This document shows, one piece after another, positions 12,845 through 24,901 of a DNA stretch of 64,000 nucleotides. The notes beneath the pieces are model-generated. The model worked only from the letters and a program-made list of their open reading frames with translations, was not told the DNA's origin and made no database searches. The position numbers were made by a program, and so were the translations under genes. Source of the DNA: Plasmodiophora brassicae (Eukaryota); NCBI GenBank assembly GCA_036867785.1, contig CP145410.1:930001-994000 (forward strand), written 5' to 3'. Position 1 is the first letter of the stretch; each line of letters begins with the position of its first letter.

Positions 12845-13790
12845 CCAATGCCAATAGGCTGCTGGCCCATTGCGACGGCTATTTCAACCTGTCATCACCT
12901 ACCTGACGACACCGACGGTCTTATCCAATTATCCATATCGCTTCCATCGGTGTCGGCACCAACGAACACCATCAAGGTATGGGCGACAAGGGGTGCGGCC
13001 CAGGAGGCAAACGGTATCGTACGCCGACGTCACTCGCCACATCGTTCAGCACTACCGGGAACGATAGCAACCGCGCCCACCTCTTGTGTGGTCTGGGAAC
13101 AACAGAAACCGGCATCGTCCTTCGTAACGCCTCCTTTTTCAAGCATACCTGGTACGCTCTACCGTCGACACATACTGAACAACGTGTCGCAGCGTGAAAC
13201 GGGTTGTTGCACTCGCTGGACCTCGACAAGCTCGAATGGTCAGCGGTCCACACAGACAGACCATGTTCTTCCCCGATGCACGTCCCATTCGGCGTCCATT
13301 GGTCCCTACATTGCTTCGATTGATCGATTTGGTGGGCACCGGGTCCCCACTCCGGCCACATAAACCTGAACGCTTCGTACGTCTTGGGTGAACAATCGCG
13401 TTTGTGATGCCAGGTGGCATTGCGCGGTGATGTGGTACGGCCGAGGGCGCCGCTATGTACGCTGGACCTGAGAACAAATGGACGAGATTGTAATGGACAG
13501 GCACCGAATCGTGCGGCAGGTTCGCTCGTCCCGATTTGCATCGAAGGCCATACAATATTGGTCTTCGGCAGAGCATGCAGGGGTCCAGACGCGATTTAAT
13601 GATCTTCATGAAGTCGAGTCTGGTGGGACCTGATTCCGGCGGCCGCGCTTGCCGTCTGAGCGTCCGATTACCATCGACTGCTTGGCAGCGGCGCCATGGC
13701 CGATTTTCACTCCAGCAACGGAACATGATGCCTATCGACCCCGGCGTCAGGGCACGCCTACGGTTGTCTGCGATGATCGGCTGCTGAACT
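12845..13790 (+). pseudogene. Degenerate, internally deleted copy of the adjacent Kelch-BTB gene
   Basis: Collinear nucleotide matches to the intact gene, e.g. ~13210 ctcgctggacctcgacaagctcgaatgg vs ~14883 ttcgctggacctcgacactctcgagtgg, and ~13694 ccatggccgattttcactccagcaacgga vs ~15826 ccatggccgaccttcactgcagcaacgga. Frameshifts and stops are present. Confidence 0.85.
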
Positions 13791-14412
13791 CCCTAGAGGA
13801 TCTGTGGTGCCAAATACACGGCTGGGTGTTCCTGCATAGCTTGAAGGTGTTGCCACATGCGTGAACTTGTCCGACGTAACGTCGCAGGCGTCCCGCTGAC
13901 CAGCAACGATACGTCGATGGGTGACAGCAGCCGCCGTGCACGCTTCGAAGCGCCCCTGTCACACGTACACAGCAGCGGTGCATGAACGCGAGGGTAACGG
14001 TCGTGACCCCACACTTCATTGGACGCATGTACTGTCTGACATCCGCGATACCCTATTCGGGCACACGATCCCATGGGGTACGCCCCGGTGCGATATTGCC
14101 TATCCGCAAAGCGCTCCCGCCCGCAATCATCACCGTCGGGGCGGCGAGCCGGGCGTGAACCCGCAGGAGCGGCCCAATTCAGGCTGCTCCGGAATCGGCA
14201 GCCGGAACGCGAACGTGGCCCGGCCCCAGGGGGCTGCTGCTGTTGCCTTTTGCGTTCGCCCGTTTCACCACAGCCTATCCGGGGCGCGGGTCGATCCGCC
14301 TGGATTCTCGAACGGGGTGGTGGTCGCAGGCAGGAGGCACCGATCGCGCTACCCGTCTCACTCGGTTGGCGCCTGCGCCCGCCTGGCCGGACCGGATCGC
14401 CCGTCCGCACCG

Positions 14413-16793
14413 ATGCCGACCACCACGAGCCTGTCGGCGCATATGGACCATTTCGAGATTGCGTCGCCGATCCTGTCCGGCGACGCCGACGGCCTCATCA
14501 TCATCGATTCCGTCGATGAGGACATCAAGGAAGGCGAACCCGCCATGGACGACGAAGATGGCGGCCCGGGACGCAAGCGATCTCGTTTGTCGCCCTCCAT
14601 TCGAACTGACCCGAACGTGCTGTCGGTCGCGCCGCCAGTGGCGACCAATAGACGGCGGGCGCCTCTGCTGCTCCCAAATCGAACGTCATCGCCGCCATCG
14701 CCTGTCAAATCGCAGGCTGCAACGAGGTCGTCGGCGCCCATCTCCTGTCCGGTTTGGGAAGAATTGCATTCGCGGTCGTCGTTCGTGCCGCCGCCAATGT
14801 CGGGCCTGACCGCTACGTTCTACGATCGACAGATGCTGATCTTTGGCGGGTACAATAACAACGCCGCCCTAGACGGGCTGTATTCGCTGGACCTCGACAC
14901 TCTCGAGTGGACCGAAGTGCAAACGGCTGGCCCGCGCCCATCCGCGAGGACGTCGCACTCGGCGGCCATCGACCCCCACAACGCCCTGCTCTACATCTTT
15001 GGTGGAAGCGGGTCCCAGTTCGGACATACGAACCTGAACGACCTGTACGTCTTGGACCTGCGATTGCGGCTGTGGCGACAGATGGCGTTGCATGGCGAGG
15101 AGATTCTGCCGAGGTATGGGCAGTCGATGACCTGGCACAATGGGCGTCTGTACATATTCGGGGGCACGTTCGGTCGGGAGTTCTCGCAAGATCTGTTCAT
15201 CGTGGATACGGCCACAGGGGCGTGCAGGCGCATGGAGCAGGACGGGTCGGCTCCAACGGCCAGGTACAAGCACGCGGCCGCCATCTACAACGGGTCGTAC
15301 ATGCTGGTGTTCGGCGGAGCCGAACGCCAGAATTACAAGCTGAACGACGTCGCGATGCTGGACCTGCGGACGCTGAAGTGGACGAAGCTGGAGTGCACGG
15401 GCACCAAGCCGGGTGGCCGGTTCGCCCACTCGATGTGCATCGAAGGCGACACGGCGTTCGTGTTTGGGGGGACGGACAGGGAGGCCTGCCAGTCCGATCT
15501 CTACATGTTGAACCTGTCGACCAGGATCTGGACGAAGGTGGGCAGCGCCCCCCTGTGTGCACTGCCGCACCGTCATGCGAGCCTAACTCGCCCACGGTTT
15601 AGGTTCAGTGTGGTGCAGAAGGGCGATCCCCGAGAGGTCGATACTTTCATGGCGCCATTCTGGATAGCACGACCGGCAAGATGATCGTCTGGGGCGGCAA
15701 GGGGTCGACGGAGGCCCAGATCCGGTTCAATGATCTCCACGCGATTCAAGTCTGCTACGTGGAGCACGCCGACCCGGCTCGGGCGTCTCTCTCGTCCGAC
15801 CTGCACCGGCTGTTTGAGAGCGGCTCCATGGCCGACCTTCACTGCAGCAACGGACGAGATGCCCATCAGCTCGTCATCAGGGCACGCGCAACGGCTCTGG
15901 CGGAGCGCATCGATTACGACGACGACGGCCATGCCGTTCTGCCTATTGACTCGCCGAACCCGGTCGTCGTCGACCTCCTTCTTCGGTACCTGTACACCGA
16001 CCAGATCGACCCGTTTCACTGTTCCACTGACGACGACTTCAAAGTCCTCATCGAGGTGGCCCAGCTCGCCGAGCGCTTGGTCATCCAGCGACTTGCACGG
16101 CTGGCAGAGCGAATGGCCCGACATCACGTCACTACGGCCAGAGCGCACGCTGCCCTCAGACACCTGGGAGACACGCCGTCCAGCCTCCAGCACTTCCTCA
16201 GGCAGTTCATCGCGATCCACTCGGGGCTATCCGCCACGATCCCCGTTTCCATGCTGCCGTCGGACGTGCAAGGACCGACGCCGGACGTCGTTGTGCCGCC
16301 GTCGTCGCTGCTGGAAGATTTCGGCCGCCTGCGACGCCTGTCTTCGTCCGCCGCCGAATTGCAAGCGGTTCCGTTCGACATGCGGTTCGTGTGCGGCCGG
16401 CAACGGGAACGGATCGGAGCGCATCAGCTCCTTCTCGCGGCACGCTCGTCGTACTTTGGGTCGTTCTCGTTCCTCGAGGGCATGGTCGAGGCCAGGACAC
16501 GAGTGTGCCGGTTCCCCGAGTCCGGCGAGGGCGTGCTGTCGCGAGCGGCATTCAGCGTCCTGCTCGACTACCTGTACGGAGGCGACCGACTCGCGTGCAC
16601 GGCCATGAGCGACGAGGCAGCCGCCCAGCTGGCCGCCATCGACGTCTGCAACTTCTTCGGCCTGAGCTCCATGCACCTCCACGACCTGCTTCGGAAGCGG
16701 CTGCAAGGGGACCCCCAGGACACGGGCATCATCGCGGCCGCAGCCGCGGCCGCGTCCCGCATCAGAACGAAGGCGCCCTGCTCGCTGAGTTAA
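14413..16793 (+). CDS. Kelch-repeat plus two BTB/POZ domains (LZTR1-like CUL3 adaptor)
   Basis: Six Kelch repeats (LIFGG, LYIFGG, LYIFGG, MLVFGG, AFVFGG, MIVWGG) followed by two BTB-like domains (AHQLVIRARA..LLLRYLYTD; AHQLLLAARSSYF..LLDYLYG). One intron at about 15538-15603. Confidence 0.88.
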
Positions 16794-16991
16794 TCGAGGC
16801 CCTGTCCCCGTCTCCACCCTCCCCTACGATACTAATCTGTACCATACCCGAATACACATGACGAGATAGACCATAGCCGGGATCTGCGTCACGCGTGGGC
16901 CGGCAGTACCGCTCCGCGGTGGGGTGTGGTGCCGGTGGTGGACCCCTGTTTGGTGGGAGGACAGTCCGCAGACGGCGGCAACCGAGTCGTG

Positions 16992-18165
16992 ATGTTGCGG
17001 GTCCTGGGGCGTACGCCTTGGGCGCGGCGATCAGTCAGGGTCGCTGCTGCTAGTGCAGGTTGTCCGCGATGGTCGACTACGGGTACGGCAGCGATGGCGG
17101 CCGTGGACGCGGTGGCGGCGCCGACGGCGACGGCGACAGCGGATGGGTTGATGACGTTCGGGGATGCGACGACGGCGGTGACGCAGGGGTCGATGGCGTG
17201 GTATGAGTGGGGGGCGTATGGCCTGCAGGAGGTTATGAATTACGGGCATACGGCGATGGGGCTGCCCTGGTGGGCATCGATCGTGGCGACGACCATTGGG
17301 ATCCGTTTGCTGCTGGCGCCGCTCGCCGTGCCCCAGATGCGATGCGCGTCGCGCCTGACGATTCTCCGGCCAAAGATACAGAGCCTGCAGGAGAAGATGA
17401 GGGACCGGATGGTGAATGGGCCACCTCCGTCCGCTGAAGAGCGTGTCGTCATGCAGAACGAGCTGTGGGATGTGTTCAGGAAGTACGACGTCAGTCCTTT
17501 CAAGGTGTGCTGCTTGTCTGCGCGTACCTGTCCTGAGCGATCGATGGGCTGACGTGGATTTACAGTCGCTGAAGTTCGCTCTGCTCCAAATGCCGGTGTT
17601 TCTATCGTTCTTCCTCGCTCTTCGCGAACTGGGCACTCGATACCCAGAGTGCAAGACTGGCGGTTCGTCCACCCGAGCCTTGCGTCCGTGTGGCGTTGCT
17701 GACTTGTACGCGGCGGCAGGTGCCTTGTGGTTCACAGACCTGGCCAGCCAGGACCCTTACTATGCATTACCGGTGATATCCGCGTTGTCCTTCGTCGCAA
17801 CGCTGGAATTCGGAGCAGGTAATTGCCGTTGACTGTTGAAGGCGGGAACGGTTACATTGGGTACAGAGGGCGACTCCATGGATCCCAATGTCAAGAAGGC
17901 TTTCAGGCTAGTCCCTCTCATTGTCGTCCCGCTGACGTTCTATTTGCCCCAAGGCGTCTTTCTCTACTGGATTACGAACAGTTTGTACGGTGTTGTCCAA
18001 ACCAAGCTCATCCGCTCAGAGGCTGCTCGGCGCTTCTTCAATATCCCCAATCCGAAGGCGCCCAACGCTCTGGCCGAACTCGAAATGCACGTCGGAGGCA
18101 CCCGGGACGTCCAGGTGAAACCCGACATCATTCCTAATCGTCCATTCTACAAAAGCACACGATAG
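16992..18165 (+). CDS. OXA1: Mitochondrial inner-membrane insertase OXA1 (YidC/Oxa1/Alb3 family)
   Basis: Presequence MLRVLGRTPWARR, then GLPWWASIVATTIGIRLLLAPL, LLQMPVFLSFF, GALWFTDL..DPYYALP and GVFLYWITNS. Confidence 0.92.
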
Positions 18166-18297
18166 GCGCGGACAAGGCGTGCCGCCATCATCCGCGTATT
18201 GTCAATACACTGTGACAGACGTAGACGAACCGCCGAACCATGCAACGTGATAAAGCGCATGTATTTGAGGTTGTTGAGGGCGGCGCGATACGATACT

Positions 18298-18720
18298 CTA
18301 CAGGATCGAGCCAGCAGCACTGCTGATTCGGGGCCACAGGTCGGCACACTCCTTGGCAACTGGGCCGGTGATACCGGAACCCTTCATCTCGCCCTTCTCG
18401 TTGACGATGACACCGGCGTTGTCCTCGAAGTAGATGAAGTTTCCGTTGGGGCGGCGCCACGATTTGCGCTGACGGATAACGACGGCCGGCATGACCTTCT
18501 TACGCAGCTCGGGCTTGCCCTTCTTGACCGTCGCCATGACCATGTCGCCGACAGTGGCAGCCGGGAGACGGTTCAGACGGCCAGGGACGCCTTTCACGGA
18601 AATAATGTACAGGTTCTTGGCACCCGTGTTGTCAGCACAGTTGATGACGGCTCCGACCGGGAGACCGACGGTCGTGTGGAATTTCGATCCGCTGGCCCCA
18701 CCTCGGCCGACCTTACTCAT
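18298..18720 (-). CDS. RPL23: 60S ribosomal protein L23 (uL14), intronless
   Basis: [14 protein letters not shown]...[19 protein letters not shown]...[19 protein letters not shown]; 140 aa. Confidence 0.98.
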   Translation of the reverse strand: MSKVGRGGASGSKFHTTVGLPVGAVINCADNTGAKNLYIISVKGVPGRLNRLPAATVGDMVMATVKKGKPELRKKVMPAVVIRQRKSWRRPNGNFIYFEDNAGVIVNEKGEMKGSGITGPVAKECADLWPRISSAAGSIL

Positions 18721-18994
18721 GGTTGGCGACGAATCCCTATCAACTGGCAGACTGCCTTCACGGACTCCGTGGCGGATGCCGCATCGATACTATTAGGGCG
18801 CGTCCATAAATCAGGCACACTCCCTATGCTCCGTGCAATTCCAGCAGGCCCACGACGTTCTGCTGCTTGACGACATACGCGATCGATGTGCGCGTCGTCG
18901 ACCTGGGACGTGTCACTCGAGATGTCAGACAATCGCGTGATGACCGGTGTTGCAGGCTGAGGGTATGCCGGCCGAGATTAACACATGTGTGTAG

Positions 18995-21900
18995 TTACTG
19001 ATCGAAATCTTCAAAGAGCCCCATGAGATCATGCAGGCGTTCAGAAAGATCGTTATCGTCATAATCGTCATGATGCAGAACGCCTTGGGCAATGGCCAGC
19101 TTCTTGTTCTGCAGCTCCAGGATCCGTTCTTCGATTGACCTGGCGACGACAAACCGTCGAACGTTGACATTCTTCAACTGACCAATTCTGTGAACGCGAT
19201 CGATCGCTTGCGCATCCTGTCCAAAATCAGTTCAGTCATATGCGGAATCACATGATACTACAAAGCGTGACGAAGCCTCACCACGGCAGGGTTCCACTGA
19301 ACAAATATCGCAGTCAGGACAGTGCTTATCCGAAACACGAATGGCGCGTACCCAGATGTCAAGGAGAATGACGTTGGACGCTGTCACCAGGTTCAACCCA
19401 ACACCGCCAACACGGAGCGAACACAAAAGTACACGAGCTTCAGTGTCTGGATTGCAAAACTCCTCAAGAACGGCCTCGCGATTCCGCTGCGAAAGCTTTC
19501 CGTCCAAGCGAAGGAACCTGTGGTTTCCAGCTGCAAGTGCCTTTTCCACTAAATCCAACTGACCGCACCGCTATCAGCGACAGTTATCGAGTACCAGAAT
19601 TTTGTCTCGCGCTGACCATTGACGTCCATTGCGAAAACACGACGGTCTTGCAACTGGGATCAGCAGCCCGGAAGGCTTCCAATTCCGCCACAAGCTGACG
19701 AGTCTTGGCGCTGTGCGTCCACTCCTGGTCCAGGTCGATATCACAAACTAAGGCACAGCAGACGTTTGCATTTCAATACGAATCAGGAAGATAACGCTTA
19801 CCTGGAGCAACACCCGATAGAAGCTGGCTTCTGTAAATGATCGTGCGACATATCGGGCAAGCGGCACGACTGGACTTGCCGAACAGAGAATCCGAACAGT
19901 CACGACACATACTGATGATGGTCATTCGCATTGGTTAGCATTTAGGAATCGCGCACAACTCACATATGGCCACAGCGAGAGAACACGGGGTCTGCTGGGG
20001 GATCAAGGCACATCGGGCACTCTAGAGCGTTTTCGTCCGCGCTAGCTTTCAGGGCAGTTGAAAGCTCCTCGATATATTCCTGTACAGCGAAAGGTCAACA
20101 CTCAAGTCGACACACATTGGTACTGATGGGACCATACCTTGGAACACGTGCCGTCGTCGGCCTTTGTCAGAGTTCGTATAAGCCGGCTCGCCGAAGACGC
20201 TTGCTGCTTTTCAGCATCGGAGGAGTATCCGCGAACCTGTGCCAATGAGAAGACAACCCATGGGATACCGGATGCGACGATGGTCATGCAAACGTACCAG
20301 AAACGGGTGCGAACAAGCCTGGCGCAGGCGCATGATCATCTCCAGCACATTCGCACATTGTTTTGAGAGAGCCTTGCTCCTGAGCAACCCCTGCGTTGAC
20401 CGTAAGGGACGATCCCAAATGAATACGTGAGAAACTCACCTGGAGTTGCTCTCTACTTCGCAAGAACAGTGCGTCATACAGTGCTCGTTCTTCCGGAGAC
20501 AAGACGATTTTAACGACACGTTCATCACGTGGAGGAAGATTCAACAGTGGTTTCCCGTTGGCGTCTTTGCCTGTAACAGAGGTGGTCAGCATTAGCCGGG
20601 ACAGACGCGATGGGTGCTAGGTTGGTAGTCAGCTCGTACTCGTCTTGCATCGTCGCAGTAGAAGGGGTTGCAAAATGGTGCCCAGGCGCTGAAGCACAGC
20701 AGTGTCACCCTGCTCGAACGGGTTCTGGATCTGAGAATTCCACCAGGATATCCTGGACCTATAGCGATGTATCACATGATTGCCCATGCCGACGTTCCGC
20801 AACAGCATACCAGGGGTCTTCACGTAGAAACCGGAACAAGCTATGCAGGTCGTGGAGGTTGTTTTGAATTGGTGTCCCCGTTAGGGCGAATCTTGCTCGT
20901 GCATGCAGAGCAAACGCTGCTTTCGCTGTCAAAGTTGTCCTGTTCTTGATATGGTGCGCCTCATCGAGAATAACACGATCCCAAGTCGAAGTGAAAATGA
21001 TACTCTCTTCGCGCTTCGCCTGATTGTAGCCGGAAGCCAGAACGCCTGCTCACCAACGTCAGCGGTTGCAATGGCTGCTGAACGAGACGGGCAGACCGTA
21101 TGTGGTTATAAGGACATCAAAGTTGTCCCTTCTGTCATCGTTTCTGTCCGAGCCGTAATAAATCGACACAACTAGATCGGAGTGGCGTTCGATTTCGTCA
21201 CGCCACTGCGCCAGAAGAGACATAGGGCATACGACGAGCGTCGCTGCGAGGTAGCCGGTACAACCTGGAGGCTTGACGCCAGGTTTTGAACACATCAGTG
21301 CAATGGCTTCGATTGTCTTCCCTACACGGTGGAGTCAATGCCGACGTACACCTCGACTGCAAAACCGGACACACCCATGCCCATCTATCACATCATGTCA
21401 GATTGCAGACAGAGCAGGGCACGTTCCGGTCGCCGACCTCGTCACCGAGGATGCCACCGCATGAAACAGGGCGCGATTCCGGCCGCTGAAGCGTCAGCAC
21501 GGTAGTCGACGAGTTCGCGTAGTAGCGCAGGCCATCGTCAGGAAATGTACGCGTTTCCCACTCAGGGCCCAGCTGGCCGATGGGCAGCATTTCTCTGTTC
21601 TCTCTGCGAAGCATCCACTCCAGGGCCTGCTTCTGATACGGGCGTAGTTGACAGCGGAGCGAGGCCGGAGGTTCTGCTTCTGGCAGCGTGCGGTGCTCGG
21701 TATCGATCGAGTCGTAAAGCGATGCAAGACGTAATGCTGAGCGCTCCACCTGTGCCCGGGTTGGTTTGAGCGCGTCCGCGATATTCGCGCCCGCAAGAAG
21801 GCGAAGCAGTGGGAATATAGGCGCTTTCACAGGGTCTTGCTCAATGTCGTCGTCGTCGCCACGGTCGTCATTAGCGACCTTGGACTCGAACAGCGCGGGT

Positions 21901-22419
21901 AGAGCCCAAACGTGGACGACAACGTCAACAGATGTGAACGTGCTGATGTTGGCTGGTGGAAACACGACACACGCCGATATCTCAATCAAGCCGCTCTTGA
22001 GCAGCGGCAGCAGCAGGCGACTGGACGCCAGATCCAGCTTCCCAACTTCAAGACGGTTCCTGAGGACAGAAGGTTGGCCCTCCATCGTCACTCGATACGC
22101 TCCCTACATACCTCGGGTGATGGCCTAACGGCAGAGGCGGTCCGCTACACGATTCCACATCGTCTTGATGAACCAGGAACCTCACGGCGCCGTCCTCTGA
22201 CCTGGCCTTCTTCCTGGCGTGCTCCACGCCAGCCTTCTTTGCGCGCATCGGGAACTCCAGCCAGGTCCCGTGCACAACGCGCCCGACGCACTTCGTGAGG
22301 AACGTCCCCCTGGTCTGGAACGACCCCAGTCGTTTCGGGGCGGCGAGCTTCGCAGGCCCGGGCGCAATCGGCCGGTCATCGCTGTCGGAGCTGGCCGCCG
22401 TTAAATCAACGGTCTCCAT
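18995..22419 (-). CDS. RAD5: RAD5/HLTF-like SWI2/SNF2 helicase with HIRAN-like and RING domains, multi-exon
   Basis: [36 protein letters not shown] (CPMC..C.H..C..C..CPIC), [15 protein letters not shown], and [25 protein letters not shown]. Confidence 0.92.
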
Positions 22420-22486
22420 CGCGCTGCGCCCCAGCCCCGTGGATCGCGCGGCGAATCGATCGACGGCGGCGCACGCAGATCGCAGT

Positions 22487-23615
22487 ATGACGCCGGCGGA
22501 CGACGCCGATGGCAGCCACGCGCGGATATTCGTGTCGATCGCCAGCTATCGCGATCCGGAAACGGCCTGGACGGTTCGGAGCGCTCTGCAACGAGCCAGG
22601 TACGACGACGAGTATCACCCCCCGGGGGATAGTCTGGGCGTCGTTGAACAGATACGGCAGGTTCCCCAGGCGTCTCGTGTTTGGGATCTGCTGGCAGTAC
22701 GATGCCAGCGTCGACGCCGAGCGACTGTTCTCTAACATGCCGAAGCCGCTGTTCGAGGGTCAAATCCGGTCGGTGTCCCTGAGGCACGACCAGGCGTGTG
22801 GTCCACAGTGGGCCCGGTACCTAATCCAGTCGCGGCTCTATCGCGACGAACCCTTCTACTTGCAGATCGATTCGCACATGCGATTCTGCCACGACTTCGA
22901 CGTCATCCTCATCGAAGAGTTCAACGATGCGCGGGCGCAATCACCCCGGCCGATCCTGACGACGTACCCGCCAGGGTACACCCGCCTGGGTGCCGAAGGT
23001 CAACCCGAAGTCGACACGGGCATTGCAGGTGGGATGATTGCAACGCGACTGTATCCCAGATCGTTCGGGGACGATGGCATGCTGAGGATCGTCGGCCGTG
23101 CGTTTGACGTCGCCCCAAGCCGTCCTGTGCCGACCCCGTTCTGGGCTGCCGGATTCAGCTTCTCTCGGGGCGACTGGGTTCGCGATTGTCCTTACGACCC
23201 GAACCTGCGGCATGTCTTCTTCGGCGAGGAATCCGTCATGGCCGCTCGTATATTCACCAGCGGGTACGATTGCTTCGCGCCATCGCGTGTCGTCTGTTGC
23301 ACGAAATGGTCCCGGGATTACCGGCCCACGTTCAGGGAGAATCCTGGATCTCAGTCCCTGACACACCTGTCCGTCCGACGAATGCGGTTCGTACTCGAAG
23401 CGTCGGACGGGGATGTCGACGACATTGGCGATGTGGGTCGATATGGGTTAGGCCGCGTTCGGACGATGCGGGAGTACCAGCAGGTTGCCGGCGTTGATTT
23501 TCGAAAGCGTTCAGTCCTCGGGGACGAGCCGTCATGCGAGAAATTGTCTCCAATGCCCGCCTTGCCACCGTCTATCACCAATCGTGTCTTGAACCTTGTT
23601 ATAAACGGCGTTTAG
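22487..23615 (+). CDS. GT60 GlcNAc transferase ([Skp1]-hydroxyproline N-acetylglucosaminyltransferase/Gnt1-like)
   Basis: IFVSIASYRDPE, GPQWARY, LQIDSHMRF, ILTTYPP, FWAAGFSF, PYDPNL..VFFGEE, ARIFTSGYD. One intron at about 22600-22660. No signal peptide or TM helix. Confidence 0.88.
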
Positions 23616-23673
23616 ACAAAGGTGATGTTTCGGTCATTTGTTCATTGAATGTCGTTGTCAGGGCGTGTTCCGA

Positions 23674-24660
23674 TTAAACGGCATTGGATGGGTGAACTTG
23701 GTCACGGGGCGTATCGTCTGCGCCGCCTTGGTTGATGACGACGTTCACGACGGGAGGTGCTGCTTGTGCGGCTGGTGTCTCTTCCGCCACCTCCTTCGTG
23801 TCCTGCTGTTTGGGACATGCCGGGTGCTCTTCGACAACGATCTCCCATGCGGCATCCATATCGGATCGCCGATCCGCGTCGTTCTCGATCAGCGTCCAGA
23901 TGAGCGTGTTCTGGTAACGCGTGTTCAGCTGCCCGATCAGCCTGCGCATGCTGGCGATGCTGCGCTCAAGACGGCGTTGCTTGCTGGAAACGGCCTCGAA
24001 AGCGCCAAAGATGCCGAGAAGGATGAGGACGACACCAGTGATGCCCATGACCCAGTGATAGTCGACGCTGCCAGCTGGAACGCAGATGAAGGCAATGCCG
24101 ATTGGAAGTAGCGCGACCATGATTCGGGCGGATCGCATGGCGTCGCGGTCGCGGAAAGCAAACGCCATCAGGCCCAGGCACCCGAGAATGGCCATCATAA
24201 CGCCAATCGTGAGGCAGATCCAGGAGACATCGGTCGTATAGGGAATGATGGCGACCGACACGCCTAGCATGGCCAGGACGATGCCAAAGACGGCCCTGAA
24301 GCAAAGAGCGCCCATCAAGCCGGCGACCCCGACGACGATACCGGCGACCAGGAATGGCCTAATCAACCCAACGGATCAGTTCGGTTGCACGGCCAGGCGA
24401 CAACGATCGCGGTCCTACCATTGTTGGGCCTGGAAGGCCAGCGCAATGAGGAGGACGCCGAAGGGAATGCAGATGAATGGTAAGGCGTAGGCGACGCGGT
24501 CCCAGGAGCCGTTCCCGCGGTAGAAGCGCCGCGAGTACTCGAGGTTGATGCGCCTCAACTCATTGTTGAAGTCGTTGGGCGTGATGCAGTGCCCGATGGA
24601 GTCGTTCCAGCGGCCTTCGAACCGGCGCCCGTCCAGGCTGAGCTGGATCACCGCCGACAT
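23674..24660 (-). CDS. Multi-pass membrane protein with Erf4/GOLGA7-like flanking motifs
   Basis: N-terminal ITPNDFNNELRRIN and C-terminal LIGQLNTRY..LIW bracket about 6-7 hydrophobic helices. One intron at about 24360-24420. Confidence 0.6.
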
Positions 24661-24901
24661 GCTATCTAGGGTAGCGACGCGAGAGATAACACGACGTTAA
24701 GATTCTGAGCTACGATGCCAGTGGGGCGACCCATGCACGTCACATTCAATGCGGTGACTCACACGCGGCCAGACTGGTCTCATGATACGAGCCGATATGC
24801 ACGGTACAGTGTGAGTCAACGTCCTGATCAAGATTGGGCGGGTCTCTGACTCAACGCGAAGCTCCCCTCTGTATGTGTATATACGTTACCCTACAGGCTC
24901 C

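Noticed and set aside
13921-14412. N-terminal extension of the 587-aa Kelch ORF
   Set aside because: Starts at GTG and reads as GC-rich promoter/UTR. The upstream relic copy also begins matching near the 14413 ATG.
18298-18720. Intronless RPL23 as a possible retrocopy
   Set aside because: Intact and conserved, with no poly(A) or TSD; several other genes here are also intronless.
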